Shown here: piece by piece, positions 27,565 through 36,595 of the stretch
Numbering within the stretch: position 1 is the first letter of the stretch
Layout: every line of letters begins with the position of its first letter
From: a virus
DNA: 60,248 bases
Strand: one strand, 5' to 3'
IMG/VR virus record: IMGVR_UViG_3300045988_045310
Location: 1 to 60,248 of that record
Translations under genes and position numbers: made by a program
Notes under the pieces: generated by a model
Database searches by the model: none
Told to the model about the DNA's origin: nothing
Seen by the model: the letters and a program-made list of their open reading frames with translations, nothing else

Positions 27565-27869
27565 TATTCTTTACCTCCATTCTTCAATCTGATTTCTTTG
27601 ATTTCCTCGTACATTTTGGTAGCCATTCCATTTCCGCCTAACGCATGATACGCATTGTACATCTCTACAAAATTCTCATACGCATAACTTGGAATTTCTC
27701 CCAACTTCATGTACTTATCGTGATACTCAATAAGTTGAACACGCAAAAGAAGCATTGTTCCCTTACTGTTTGCATCCCTGTCATTCTTTTGTTGTTTAAG
27801 GAGCCAGACAATATATCCTAATAAAATAGGCAATGCAACAGTGTATGTCTGTAATAAAAAATCTTTCAT
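27564..27869 (-). CDS. small N-terminally anchored membrane protein (holin-associated?)
   Basis: start MKDFLLQ with an AGGAG RBS; one TM helix (TVALPILLGYIVWLL). Confidence 0.5.
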   Translation of the reverse strand: MKDFLLQTYTVALPILLGYIVWLLKQQKNDRDANSKGTMLLLRVQLIEYHDKYMKLGEIPSYAYENFVEMYNAYHALGGNGMATKMYEEIKEIRLKNGGKE

Positions 27870-27976
27870 TTCATATCTCCTGTTACTTATTGTTGGCACA
27901 CCGCCCACCACCCTTAAAGTGTGCCGCCTGCAACGATTTTGTTAGTGTCAACAAAATGGTCACGCACAATCTTCTT

Positions 27977-28336
27977 TTACAGCACTTTGGCAAATGGGAA
28001 CACACCTACGAACAGACTGTCACGGTCTCTCCATGTTCTCGACACACCGTTTTCAGAGTAATTTGCCATGAAGTTTTCTCCAGCCTGTGAATGGTCATAC
28101 ACAACCACGTTCACAATCACGTTCTCAAACCGCTTCAAATCCTCTTCAATCTTTTCATCCGTGTAGCTGTCCGGGTACATTCTCTTTGCCACAATGTCAG
28201 CTTTCGCTTGACTGATAAGTTGCTCAATCAGAGGATTATCTTCAAGTTCATCAAACACGACCTCGGAGCTTTCAGAATCAATATGAAATTGTTTCAGACG
28301 GATTTTTACTTGCTCCAAAGTCGTATATTCTGCCAT
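27977..28336 (-). CDS. gp6-like head-tail connector protein
   Basis: 119 aa immediately downstream of the capsid gene; MAEYTTLEQVK.RL-type N-terminus. Confidence 0.6.
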   Translation of the reverse strand: MAEYTTLEQVKIRLKQFHIDSESSEVVFDELEDNPLIEQLISQAKADIVAKRMYPDSYTDEKIEEDLKRFENVIVNVVVYDHSQAGENFMANYSENGVSRTWRDRDSLFVGVFPFAKVL

Positions 28337-28346
28337 GTGCTACCTC

Positions 28347-29495
28347 TTATTCATCCTTTGCTACTACTGCCTTGCTGCCAGCCTTAACTGCCTTGTAAGA
28401 TCCATCGCATTCTACTACGGTGATAATCTTTCCAGTTTCTGCGGTAATCTCTTCGCTACCGTCCCATGCAGCCCACGTCTGTACAGATTTTCCATAAGTT
28501 ACAGTTTGAGCGGATTCTCCAATCTTGTACTTATAAGAGTTACCTGCGCCTTTGCTAGGGCTTACAGTAATCTTTGTTTTACCATTATCTGTGGCGCTTG
28601 CAATACTGGTAACAGTCAGTGTACCAAGAGTGTTATCTCCTGTAATTGTGGACACTACAATGCCGTCAATTCTTTCTGCGAAAAGAACAATGCCAGAAAT
28701 AACAGTGTCCTTACAGGTCATGTTGTCATAATCCGGCGTTTCATGGATTCCAATATATCCGGTTGCATCAGAAGTAAAAGTGAACGCTTCATCCAGATCC
28801 GCACCGTTTACAGGAATGTAGTACAGAACAATATTATCTTTTGCGGTTGCATAGATGCTTCCCTTTGGTACAGAACTGTTAAAGATAACAGTGCCAAGTC
28901 CAAGGAAGTTCTCTACATAGGTCATGCCAAAAGCATTTTGTAAAGAGATTTGTGCGGTTGCCAGATAATCTGCCACATCCAGCGGATTCATGAAGTATAC
29001 TGCTTGAATTTCATCATCTTCAAACAGCACCTGTAACTGTCCCCATGCCTGTGCAAGTGCAGCTTGGAAAGTCTTTCCAGAAGCAGAGCCTGTGCCAGTA
29101 GAAAGAAAATCAAAGAAGTTCTTACGGATTCCCTTCTGCACATCTTTCAGCATTTCGTCGCCAGTCATTACAACCGCTTGATCGTACCCCTTTTCGATGA
29201 TGGCTTCTGCGGAAGTGGCTTTTCTCCACTTCTTCAAAGTAATCTCTTCATAGTTGACGGGTACAGTTTTGTATTTAGAAAGAGGAATGGTATCTCCTTC
29301 TGCAACCAGTCCATCTTGAAGAGTTCCTACTGCCTTGTAGGACTTCAACATGGTTCCTGCTGCCTTAGGGATTTTTCTGGTTACTCCAAGGGCTTCTACC
29401 AACTTTTTAATGGAATACCCAAAAAGGGTTACGAATTCAATTTCTCTTGCTCTTGCAAGGTCATCTTTCTTAATCAGATTGTTTTCTGCTGCCAT
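28347..29495 (-). CDS. major capsid protein with a C-terminal Ig-like extension
   Basis: 382 aa following the scaffold gene; C-terminal roughly 90 aa is a beta-rich TLTVTS...KITVSP...YKYK segment. Confidence 0.75.
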   Translation of the reverse strand: MAAENNLIKKDDLARAREIEFVTLFGYSIKKLVEALGVTRKIPKAAGTMLKSYKAVGTLQDGLVAEGDTIPLSKYKTVPVNYEEITLKKWRKATSAEAIIEKGYDQAVVMTGDEMLKDVQKGIRKNFFDFLSTGTGSASGKTFQAALAQAWGQLQVLFEDDEIQAVYFMNPLDVADYLATAQISLQNAFGMTYVENFLGLGTVIFNSSVPKGSIYATAKDNIVLYYIPVNGADLDEAFTFTSDATGYIGIHETPDYDNMTCKDTVISGIVLFAERIDGIVVSTITGDNTLGTLTVTSIASATDNGKTKITVSPSKGAGNSYKYKIGESAQTVTYGKSVQTWAAWDGSEEITAETGKIITVVECDGSYKAVKAGSKAVVAKDE

Positions 29496-29507
29496 AGTTT
29501 ATACCTC

Positions 29508-30074
29508 CTAAAATAAATCTTGATTCATTGCAATAGCACGTCTGCGCTCATTTCTGTCCGGAATTGCCATAATCTGATCTTTGGTCATACCAGAGTATTC
29601 GCCGCCACCGATATTCACTCTTGGTCTTGTGCGCATCCATTCAGCCTGTGCTTCTGCTACTGCCGCTTTTTTTTCGTTTTCAATAATAGTTGCAATGGCG
29701 GTATGGTCAGATTCCGAAACCGCATCAATCAACTTTTCAACAGATTTTTCAGAAACTCCCTTGTAGGCAGCTACTGCCTTAATGTGGTTAAGTTCTTTTC
29801 GCATGGACTCTCTTTCTTCGTCCGCAATTCTTTGTGCTTCTGCTTTTGCTTCTGCTTCCTGCTCTTCCGCAGTCTGCTTCGATCGAAGTTGTTTCTTGTA
29901 CTCTGCTGCTTCCGAACTAGCTTTATCAGATCTGTTTTTATACTTCTCTTTTTCAGCTCTTTCTGTAGCAAGTTGCGCCATGAGTTCTTCAACAGTAGGC
30001 TGTTTGCTTTCAATCTGTTGTCCACTAACTTCTGTTTTTTGTGTTTCTGTTGTCTGTGTGGTTACATCTGCCAT
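29508..30074 (-). CDS. capsid scaffolding protein
   Basis: 188 aa, highly charged Glu/Lys/Ala coiled coil, between the portal and capsid genes. Confidence 0.7.
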   Translation of the reverse strand: MADVTTQTTETQKTEVSGQQIESKQPTVEELMAQLATERAEKEKYKNRSDKASSEAAEYKKQLRSKQTAEEQEAEAKAEAQRIADEERESMRKELNHIKAVAAYKGVSEKSVEKLIDAVSESDHTAIATIIENEKKAAVAEAQAEWMRTRPRVNIGGGEYSGMTKDQIMAIPDRNERRRAIAMNQDLF

Positions 30075-30160
30075 GATTTTTACCTCATTCTTTCTTAATC
30101 TTGCTCTTTATACTTTTTCTCTAAGTTCTTGCGATTAACGTCTTCTCTGACGTAAGGCAT

Positions 30161-30190
30161 ATAAAAAGCCACTGGGAAAACCCAATGGCT
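30161..30190 (-). terminator. intrinsic terminator between the portal and scaffold genes
   Basis: minus strand AGCCATTGGG-tttt-CCCAGTGGCT followed by TTTTAT. Confidence 0.6.
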
Positions 30191-30204
30191 TGATATCATG
30201 ATAT

Positions 30205-31794
30205 TTATTTGTCTGTACGGCTCTTATCAATTAAAGGGCTGTTAGAAATTTGGTCTGACAAGTCTTGCATTGTCCTTTCCGAATTTGGTTCTTTCTCTCC
30301 ATCCCCACCTTCTCCAGCATTTTGACTATTTGTTTTATAAATAGTTTCTTGGTATTTGCGAACTCCTTCTCCACTTCTGCTGCATACCTTGCTTGGATCA
30401 TCGAAAAACGGGATGGAATCAGTAGTATCTTCAAGACTAAATCCATGACTGAGCATAGTAGCCATTGCATTGACTTTTGTTGACATTTCGTACGTTTTTT
30501 GTCGCTTGATGTTTGGCTCTAAATCAGCTATTGTAAGTTTTCTCATTGGATCATCTTGCGGAACATAGGAAGATGCATTGATAGCTGCTAACACAACCTC
30601 AACCTCTTCCATTTTGCACGAATCAATAATCATCTGCTGTTTTGATGCCGCTGCTTCTGCATGGCTCCACCCTGTAGCATCACTCATTGCGACACCAGTA
30701 CTGCCACCAGAATTATCATTTCTTTGCGGTACATTGCACTTTTGCAAGATTGTTTGTCTCCGTACCTGTATATTGTTAAGCATTCCTTCGTAGTCATAAT
30801 CAACAGCAAGTGCTTCTACAATAGGTGTTTTTCCATCGGATGCCGTATATGTTTGCATCCATTCGCCAGATTTTGGCTTTCTTACGCTTTCTGTAACTGT
30901 GCCATCTTCGTTTTTTTCTTCAACAACAGGAAAATCAACATCATTTGTGTGCCATATAGCTTGTGTATTCTGGTCGACATCATTGGAGAAATCCGAAATC
31001 ATAAGATTCAAATTATCCATTTCGGAAATTTGTCGCTCCCACACTCCCATACGATCATAAGACCGGAAATACTCAACAATAGGGACAACTCCTAAAGGAT
31101 TTTTTTCTCCGCTTCTTTCTTCGTGTTTCCATTTATTAGCATCATCTTCAACAGCATCGCCATTGATGATTTTGTTCATATCCCTAATTTCGTATCTGCT
31201 GTCTTTACTGTAACAAGTGTAGTATGTACTTCCGCTGTTTTTATCATGCCGGAATGTTACTCCAAGCATTGTTCTTCGATCTGCGTAATAGCTTGACTTG
31301 ATAACAAATGAAGTCATTGGATTAAGTACATCATATGTAAAATATGCTTTCCCAGGTTTCCATTCTGTATTTACGTCGATTAAAACATTGCAAATAGCAC
31401 CTATTAACATAGGTCTTGCAATTTCTTGTGTTTTTGTTTTGATTTTTACAAGATTGTATTGCTTATTAAGGTTTTTTACTCCCTCTGCAATCTCTTTATC
31501 CTCTGCATCTCCAGTCTGAACCAACGTAATAGGATTCCCGAAGCCGAATGAACTCCAAAATTCCGTTATCTCATTTGCCACATTATCTACGCAATGGCAA
31601 TCAATGTCTGTTCTTACTTTCTTTTTTCTTTTAAGTGGCTGATTTCCTTCATCATACTCCATGAGGTATCTAATTCTTGCTGCATTTACCCTATGGTCTG
31701 TCATGGCATTCCTCAAAACATCAATGACATTTTTGTATGTAATTTCTTCTACATCCGTATAAAGTACAATTCTTCCAGTTTGCATTTTTATCAC
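30205..31794 (-). CDS. portal protein
   Basis: 529 aa; position after the terminase and before the scaffold gene. Confidence 0.75.
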   Translation of the reverse strand: MIKMQTGRIVLYTDVEEITYKNVIDVLRNAMTDHRVNAARIRYLMEYDEGNQPLKRKKKVRTDIDCHCVDNVANEITEFWSSFGFGNPITLVQTGDAEDKEIAEGVKNLNKQYNLVKIKTKTQEIARPMLIGAICNVLIDVNTEWKPGKAYFTYDVLNPMTSFVIKSSYYADRRTMLGVTFRHDKNSGSTYYTCYSKDSRYEIRDMNKIINGDAVEDDANKWKHEERSGEKNPLGVVPIVEYFRSYDRMGVWERQISEMDNLNLMISDFSNDVDQNTQAIWHTNDVDFPVVEEKNEDGTVTESVRKPKSGEWMQTYTASDGKTPIVEALAVDYDYEGMLNNIQVRRQTILQKCNVPQRNDNSGGSTGVAMSDATGWSHAEAAASKQQMIIDSCKMEEVEVVLAAINASSYVPQDDPMRKLTIADLEPNIKRQKTYEMSTKVNAMATMLSHGFSLEDTTDSIPFFDDPSKVCSRSGEGVRKYQETIYKTNSQNAGEGGDGEKEPNSERTMQDLSDQISNSPLIDKSRTDK

Positions 31795-31995
31795 CTACAT
31801 AAATGTCATTCCGCTGCTCTGATCTCTTTTTGTAAGTTTCTTGATCTCACGTTCTCCGGTCTCTGTATGGTAAACAACCATCTTATTGCAATTCCGGCAC
31901 TTATATTTCTTGTCGATATGTGATTTTGAACTGCATTCACCGACCAACCGTCCGCATTTCGGACAGTACACTCTAATTTTTTGGTTAAAAATCAT
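31795..31995 (-). CDS. Com-like zinc-ribbon protein
   Basis: YCPKCGRLVG...YKCRNCNKMV, two CxxC pairs; start MIFNQK with an AAGAGGT RBS. Confidence 0.5.
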   Translation of the reverse strand: MIFNQKIRVYCPKCGRLVGECSSKSHIDKKYKCRNCNKMVVYHTETGEREIKKLTKRDQSSGMTFM

Positions 31996-32014
31996 AAATA
32001 CCTCTTTTCTGCGC

Positions 32015-32048
32015 ACAAAAATACCGCCCTTGCTGATAAAAGCGGTAT
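32015..32048 (-). terminator. intrinsic terminator
   Basis: minus strand ATACCGC-14 nt-GCGGTAT followed by TTTTGT. Confidence 0.5.
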
Positions 32049-32148
32049 TTCTGGAGTCTTCACATTATCTGAGGAGGAAATGAAAAATATCTTGGAATCT
32101 TTCTGCATCTTAATAGTATCACGGAAAAATCGGACATATCGGACAAGT

Positions 32149-32583
32149 TTAATTTGCCATGTAACGATCGAATGCTTTTCTTACGCTATCCTCTGTGTTT
32201 CCACCACCGATTCTATCAGCAACCTTGTTCCATGATAATTTTTCAATAAAACGTAAATTTATGATCCGTCTTATACGACTGTCCTGAACGCTTGCAATAA
32301 ATTCTTCGACTTCATTATTTTTTTGCAGTAAATCGTCCTCTAAAAGCTGTAAAGTAGCCTTTCTTGAATAAAGCAAAGTTCGTTTTCTGCTGTACTCTGG
32401 ATAAGGGAATCCTTCAATACGGAAATGTTCAGTGCCCCCGCATCCACCTGATACGCTGTCAACAACATTCCCATCCGATTCAATTTTTCTGATATCCGAT
32501 TCAAGTTTTTTAATCTTCTGCTGTACTTCTTTGATTTCTTCCTGTAAATCTATGTATTGAGATAAAACCTCTTTGGTCACCAT
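32149..32583 (-). CDS. coiled-coil protein with a sigma-70 region-4-like HTH
   Basis: C-terminal RRIINLRFIEKLSWNKVADRIG.....SVRKAF resembles a sigma region 4 / LuxR-type HTH. Confidence 0.45.
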   Translation of the reverse strand: MVTKEVLSQYIDLQEEIKEVQQKIKKLESDIRKIESDGNVVDSVSGGCGGTEHFRIEGFPYPEYSRKRTLLYSRKATLQLLEDDLLQKNNEVEEFIASVQDSRIRRIINLRFIEKLSWNKVADRIGGGNTEDSVRKAFDRYMAN

Positions 32584-32595
32584 TCGATTTACCTC

Positions 32596-34335
32596 CTATA
32601 TAGGGCTTGGCAAAATTACTGTTGGCTTTATGTATCCGCTACGCATCTCATTTTCAAACAATGCAATGCTATCTGGTGCATCATCGTGTTTTACTTTTCC
32701 GCTACGTGTCATAGTGGTTAATTCCTTCATGAATTTGTAGTACTGGCTCTGCCTGTCCATTTTCTTGAAATCACGAAAATAATAATCACGAATTACATTA
32801 TCCCTTGCATTTTCCATTCTCGTAATTTTGTTGGAACAGTTAAACTTAAACCTTGCGCTACATCTTCCTCCCTGCGACTTTACAATGTCCATAACATCAC
32901 GACCAAAATATTCCCCGGCACTGTTGCTCTCAAAAGTGACTGTTTTAACATTGTGCTTAATAAGCATATTTGCGCATTCAGGCTTTGTGAACTGTGTTCC
33001 TGCATTATCAAATACTACATCAACGATATATACCTCGTTACCGTACACATATCCGACTGGCATAGCGCAGCTATCTTCTCCTTTATCTGCACTATCACAA
33101 GCCGCCATGATTGCGTCTGGTTCTCTGTCAATCGGAAGTTCTTCAAAGTAGTGCAATTCCTTTTCAGCAAACATACGTCCCTTTGCTTCAAACGGTGATT
33201 GTTGAAACTCAGATTCCCATGTTTCCTCTGAAACAAGTTTTCTCTCTTTCCGGTAATAGTCAGTAGTGAATATTTTTCTAAGGCCTCGCTTGTCCTTTCG
33301 GTATATTTCCCAGTTACTTTCGTCCGTTACAGGGTCAAGTGCCGGAATTGCAACCTCTTTCCATCTCCACCCTAGTTCATCAGCCTTGGTCTGTAACGCT
33401 GTAATAGGGTCATACAGGCTGTATTTTGTTCCCTGGATAATAATTGGTGTACCCTCTAATCTACGTCCTAAAACGTCATCTGTGACCTTTTCACACAGGA
33501 ACTCTAGCCTGTCTCTGTTTCTTGCTTCCTCATGGTTCTTTACGCAGTCATCAATATAAACAAGCACATTTGCTTCCGTACAGCCTACGATTGCACCGTC
33601 AATGGGTCTACAAGTAAATGTTGGAAAAATATTTTTGCTTTTAAGGTCTATGGAAAGGTTTTCTGCGCTCTTGTATCCATCTTTGCTTATTTTTGTAGCT
33701 TCCGGAAAAACACTTAAAAACCGCTGATAGGTACTTTCAGTCTCAAATCCTTGTAAAAGACCACCGTAGAACCTCTTTACCAGTCCTTCACCTTTTCCTA
33801 CACCGAAAATGCTTCCGTCCGGGTCTCTGCCGCCCATCATCTGTGCCAGTTTTAGTCCTCCGGTGGTTTTCCCAGTACGTTTCGGTTGTGAAACTGATAA
33901 GAAATCCAGTTTTCCATCGTAAATCTCTTGATATGCTCCGACTACCGGCTTTAGAACCTGTCTTCTCGGAAAATAGAACCTCTTCCACGGATCTTTTTCA
34001 TCAATTTCAATGTAATAGAAAAAGCTATCCACAAGATAAGCTGCTTCGTACATTAAAACATTGTAGAATTGCTCCAAAACCTTGTATGAAGTATTGTTAT
34101 CCCCTGCGTAAACTTCCAGGTCTGCAACCCTGCCGCCGGTCTTATCCTTGACATATTGTGCAATGTATGTTTTTGCTTTTGCTGATTGCTGTAATCCGTA
34201 TTCAATGTCATGTTCTGACCGAAAAGCAACTGCCAAAGCATCTATGTACGCATCAATGACCTGTTCATCAATCTCCTTTCGCTGTATGTAATTGTCATAG
34301 CTGTTTACTGCCGATATAAGGCTCTGACTTGCCAA
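32596..34335 (-). CDS. terL: terminase large subunit
   Basis: Walker A-like QPKRTGKTTGG; C-terminal nuclease-like region; start placed at TTG 34335 (GGAAGGAGG RBS 10 nt upstream), whereas the ORF track extends to 34473. Confidence 0.8.
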   Translation of the reverse strand: MASQSLISAVNSYDNYIQRKEIDEQVIDAYIDALAVAFRSEHDIEYGLQQSAKAKTYIAQYVKDKTGGRVADLEVYAGDNNTSYKVLEQFYNVLMYEAAYLVDSFFYYIEIDEKDPWKRFYFPRRQVLKPVVGAYQEIYDGKLDFLSVSQPKRTGKTTGGLKLAQMMGGRDPDGSIFGVGKGEGLVKRFYGGLLQGFETESTYQRFLSVFPEATKISKDGYKSAENLSIDLKSKNIFPTFTCRPIDGAIVGCTEANVLVYIDDCVKNHEEARNRDRLEFLCEKVTDDVLGRRLEGTPIIIQGTKYSLYDPITALQTKADELGWRWKEVAIPALDPVTDESNWEIYRKDKRGLRKIFTTDYYRKERKLVSEETWESEFQQSPFEAKGRMFAEKELHYFEELPIDREPDAIMAACDSADKGEDSCAMPVGYVYGNEVYIVDVVFDNAGTQFTKPECANMLIKHNVKTVTFESNSAGEYFGRDVMDIVKSQGGRCSARFKFNCSNKITRMENARDNVIRDYYFRDFKKMDRQSQYYKFMKELTTMTRSGKVKHDDAPDSIALFENEMRSGYIKPTVILPSPI

Positions 34336-34429
34336 TATAAAAGAGCCTCCTTCCCTAAAATTTTGGAAATTTGGCTCTCTGCGTAGGCACTCTACGACTG
34401 GTGCTCTAGAAAATATTCTATTTGCTATG

Positions 34430-34600
34430 CTAAGCAGTCCAAAACACAACATAACACATATGGTTTGTGTCAAATGTTATACTAATAATTTGTTCTGCAC
34501 TCTTTAATTCTTCCCAATCCTGGTCATTTTGCAGAATGGCTTGATTTATATCATTAAGGTTTTTGCAATATTGCCATTTCACCAACTTTGCTTGATTCAT
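34430..34600 (-). CDS. small hypothetical protein, below the ORF-track length cutoff
   Basis: 56-aa ORF MNQAKLVKWQYCKNLNDINQ... filling the gap upstream of terL. Confidence 0.35.
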   Translation of the reverse strand: MNQAKLVKWQYCKNLNDINQAILQNDQDWEELKSAEQIISITFDTNHMCYVVFWTA

Positions 34601-34603
34601 AAA

Positions 34604-34894
34604 TTATTTCACCCCAATTCTATTGATTTTACCGCACTTCGGGCATTTGATTTCAGCCTGTCCGTTGAATTTTCCTAAAAGGCGGTTGCATTTGCTACAA
34701 CGATGCTCGGACAGTTTTACATAAAAACATTTTTTCAAAGCTTCCTCGTCTTTCTTTGTATCTGCCACGACAATCGGGTCTTCTCCCAGTGTTGTACATT
34801 CAATTTTTATATTTTCAATATTCCCGATGTTTTTAGGTGTGACCTGTCGAAACACATCACGTTCTATATTTTCAATTACTGCTGTCATGCTCAT
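34604..34894 (-). CDS. protein with a C-terminal Mu Com-like zinc ribbon
   Basis: C-terminus HRCSKCNRLLGKFNGQAEIKCPKCGKINRI matches the Com pattern RC..C.KLL......EIKCP.C. Confidence 0.55.
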   Translation of the reverse strand: MSMTAVIENIERDVFRQVTPKNIGNIENIKIECTTLGEDPIVVADTKKDEEALKKCFYVKLSEHRCSKCNRLLGKFNGQAEIKCPKCGKINRIGVK

Positions 34895-35159
34895 TTTTCA
34901 TCCACTCCTCAAACTCTTTCCGGCACTTATGGCATAAGTCATATTCCTTTGATTTACGTTCATGGCTTACAACGATGGTTGCGGATAGCATTTTGTTTCT
35001 CAACAGTCGTTCATTTGCTATATAACCTGTCTTGTCGAAATAATCCATACGAAAATGTGCTGGCATTTTTACCGGAATCAAATAATTTAAAAAATCCGGC
35101 ATTTTCCCTATCTCTGCTCCGCACCTGTCGCAAGTTTTACATTTGTTTTTATGTTTCAT
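34872..35159 (-). CDS. hypothetical zinc-binding protein
   Basis: 95 aa with CKTCDRCG and CHKC pairs. Confidence 0.5.
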   Translation of the reverse strand: MKHKNKCKTCDRCGAEIGKMPDFLNYLIPVKMPAHFRMDYFDKTGYIANERLLRNKMLSATIVVSHERKSKEYDLCHKCRKEFEEWMKNEHDSSN

Positions 35160-35236
35160 TGGTTACCCCTCTTTGTATGGATTGAAGAAGTCCTCATCTT
35201 TTCCAATTCCAAGATGCTTTTTCAATGCAAAATTTG

Positions 35237-35569
35237 TTATCTTTCCCGATTAAACGAATTACTGACAATATAATTTGCAAGTTCTCCATCTTTCCATCCG
35301 TCCGTACTTGTCATATAATCATAAATCTTCTTATATTCTCCGGTCAGCTTGTCAAATTCAAACCAGCCTAAGTCAAGCGTCACTCCATAATTATAAAATC
35401 CCTTGTCAGACCATTTGCTGACATAATACATTAACTGCTTGTACGAAAATCCAAGCCTTTCAAAAATATTACCAATAGTTCTTATGCTCAATTCCCGATC
35501 GATCGAATGTGATTTTCTTTTCTGCTCATTCACGCAAGCTCTGAAAAATATTTCTTCTAATGACTTCAT
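35237..35569 (-). CDS. hypothetical protein
   Basis: 110-aa ORF. Confidence 0.5.
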   Translation of the reverse strand: MKSLEEIFFRACVNEQKRKSHSIDRELSIRTIGNIFERLGFSYKQLMYYVSKWSDKGFYNYGVTLDLGWFEFDKLTGEYKKIYDYMTSTDGWKDGELANYIVSNSFNRER

Positions 35570-35584
35570 TCCTCCACCAACCTT

Positions 35585-35932
35585 TCAAACCAAACCTAAC
35601 ATATACAGAATTTTAAGCTCAGATATTTCCTCTGCACCCTCTCTTGTGTGTATAAGAATTTCTTTAACTTTTTCATTTTCCATATCGCTGTATTTTTCTT
35701 TGTCATAAGCTTCTGAAAAACAATAATATTTGCAATATCCATATCCTGTCCCAAGTCTATTGCCGTAAATACTTTTCCCGACAATATCGTAATAATTTGG
35801 TACTCTTAAAATATCGTGTTTTTCATCTAAGGTGCATTCCTTTTGTTCTGCTTCCAATTTTGATTGAAGATATTTCAGAAAACTTCGTATATCCTGTTCT
35901 GATTTAGAAATATATAAAATAGTTTCTTTCAT
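35585..35932 (-). CDS. hypothetical protein
   Basis: ORF track 35585..35965; start moved to MKETILY, just after the upstream stop. Confidence 0.5.
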   Translation of the reverse strand: MKETILYISKSEQDIRSFLKYLQSKLEAEQKECTLDEKHDILRVPNYYDIVGKSIYGNRLGTGYGYCKYYCFSEAYDKEKYSDMENEKVKEILIHTREGAEEISELKILYMLGLV

Positions 35933-35934
35933 TC

Positions 35935-36156
35935 CTACACCAACTTTCTGCCACACATGGGACAAAACTCAATATTGAAATATCCCATAGCCGCTGTATG
36001 TGCAAAAATAACAATGGCTGGTTTATCGTATCCGGTATCTTTCAGAATCATTGCATATGTCAAATTTGTTTCATTCGCACATTCATGAATTTTTATGTCA
36101 TCTCCGAAGATTGTATTTTTATCATGCCACTTTTCACAAAATTTACACATTTTCAA
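35935..36156 (-). CDS. hypothetical Cys-rich protein
   Basis: 73-aa ORF with CKFC...C...CPMCG. Confidence 0.5.
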   Translation of the reverse strand: MKMCKFCEKWHDKNTIFGDDIKIHECANETNLTYAMILKDTGYDKPAIVIFAHTAAMGYFNIEFCPMCGRKLV

Positions 36157-36346
36157 ATCCTTTCTTCATAATCCTTCTGCTTTCTTCCATCACTTTACAG
36201 TCTCTCGCAGAATCTCTCTCAATCTGATTTTGAGGTATCCTTCCAAACTTTTCCAAAGCGTATTTTTCTACTGCTTCTTTGGAAACGTCTATGCCAAAAT
36301 TTCGTAATGCTTCTGTCTGCGGTTGATAATCTTTCAATCCATTCAT
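36143..36346 (-). CDS. hypothetical protein
   Basis: the ORF track extends to 36490 across a tRNA; start moved to MNGLKDY (GGAGG RBS 8 nt upstream). Confidence 0.5.
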   Translation of the reverse strand: MNGLKDYQPQTEALRNFGIDVSKEAVEKYALEKFGRIPQNQIERDSARDCKVMEESRRIMKKGFENV

Positions 36347-36363
36347 CCTCATATCCTCCGTAA

Positions 36364-36436
36364 CCCATGCAGACGGAATCGAACCGCCGACACACATCCT
36401 ATGCGGTTGCTGCTCTACCACTGAAGCTATACATGG
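36364..36436 (-). tRNA. tRNA with CAT anticodon (Met/Ile2-like) and an atypical anticodon loop
   Basis: 7-bp acceptor CCATGTA/TGCATGG, D-arm TAGCTTCAGTGGTAGAGC, T-arm GGCGGTTCGATTCCGTC; loop CGCATAG has G where U33 is expected, and the stem has one mismatch. Confidence 0.6.
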
Positions 36437-36595
36437 GAATCGCACCGTAAAACCTTTTATGGCTTGCGCTTGCCATAACCAAATGTGCACCGCCTACTTG
36501 TCACTGACTATCCACAATCTCACAGTCTTGTCTGTTCTCTACTTCATAGGCTTGGTTTTCGCTAAACATATGTGGCTTACGTTTTAGCTAGGGAA

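Noticed and set aside
34336-34473. Longer terL start (TTG 34473 or ATG 34452)
   Set aside because: The extension encodes a hydrophobic non-terminase-like leader without an RBS and overlaps a better small ORF (34430..34600). TTG 34335 has a GGAAGGAGG RBS. The start nevertheless remains uncertain.
36438-36500. Degenerate tRNA-like stretch next to the CAT tRNA (GGCGGTGCACATTTGGTTATGGCAAGCGCAAGCCATAAAAGGTTTTACGGTGCGATTCCC on the minus strand)
   Set aside because: There is no complementary acceptor 3' strand, the T-loop reads TGCGATT with a weak stem, and its 3' side overlaps the neighbouring tRNA. At best it is a pseudogene remnant.
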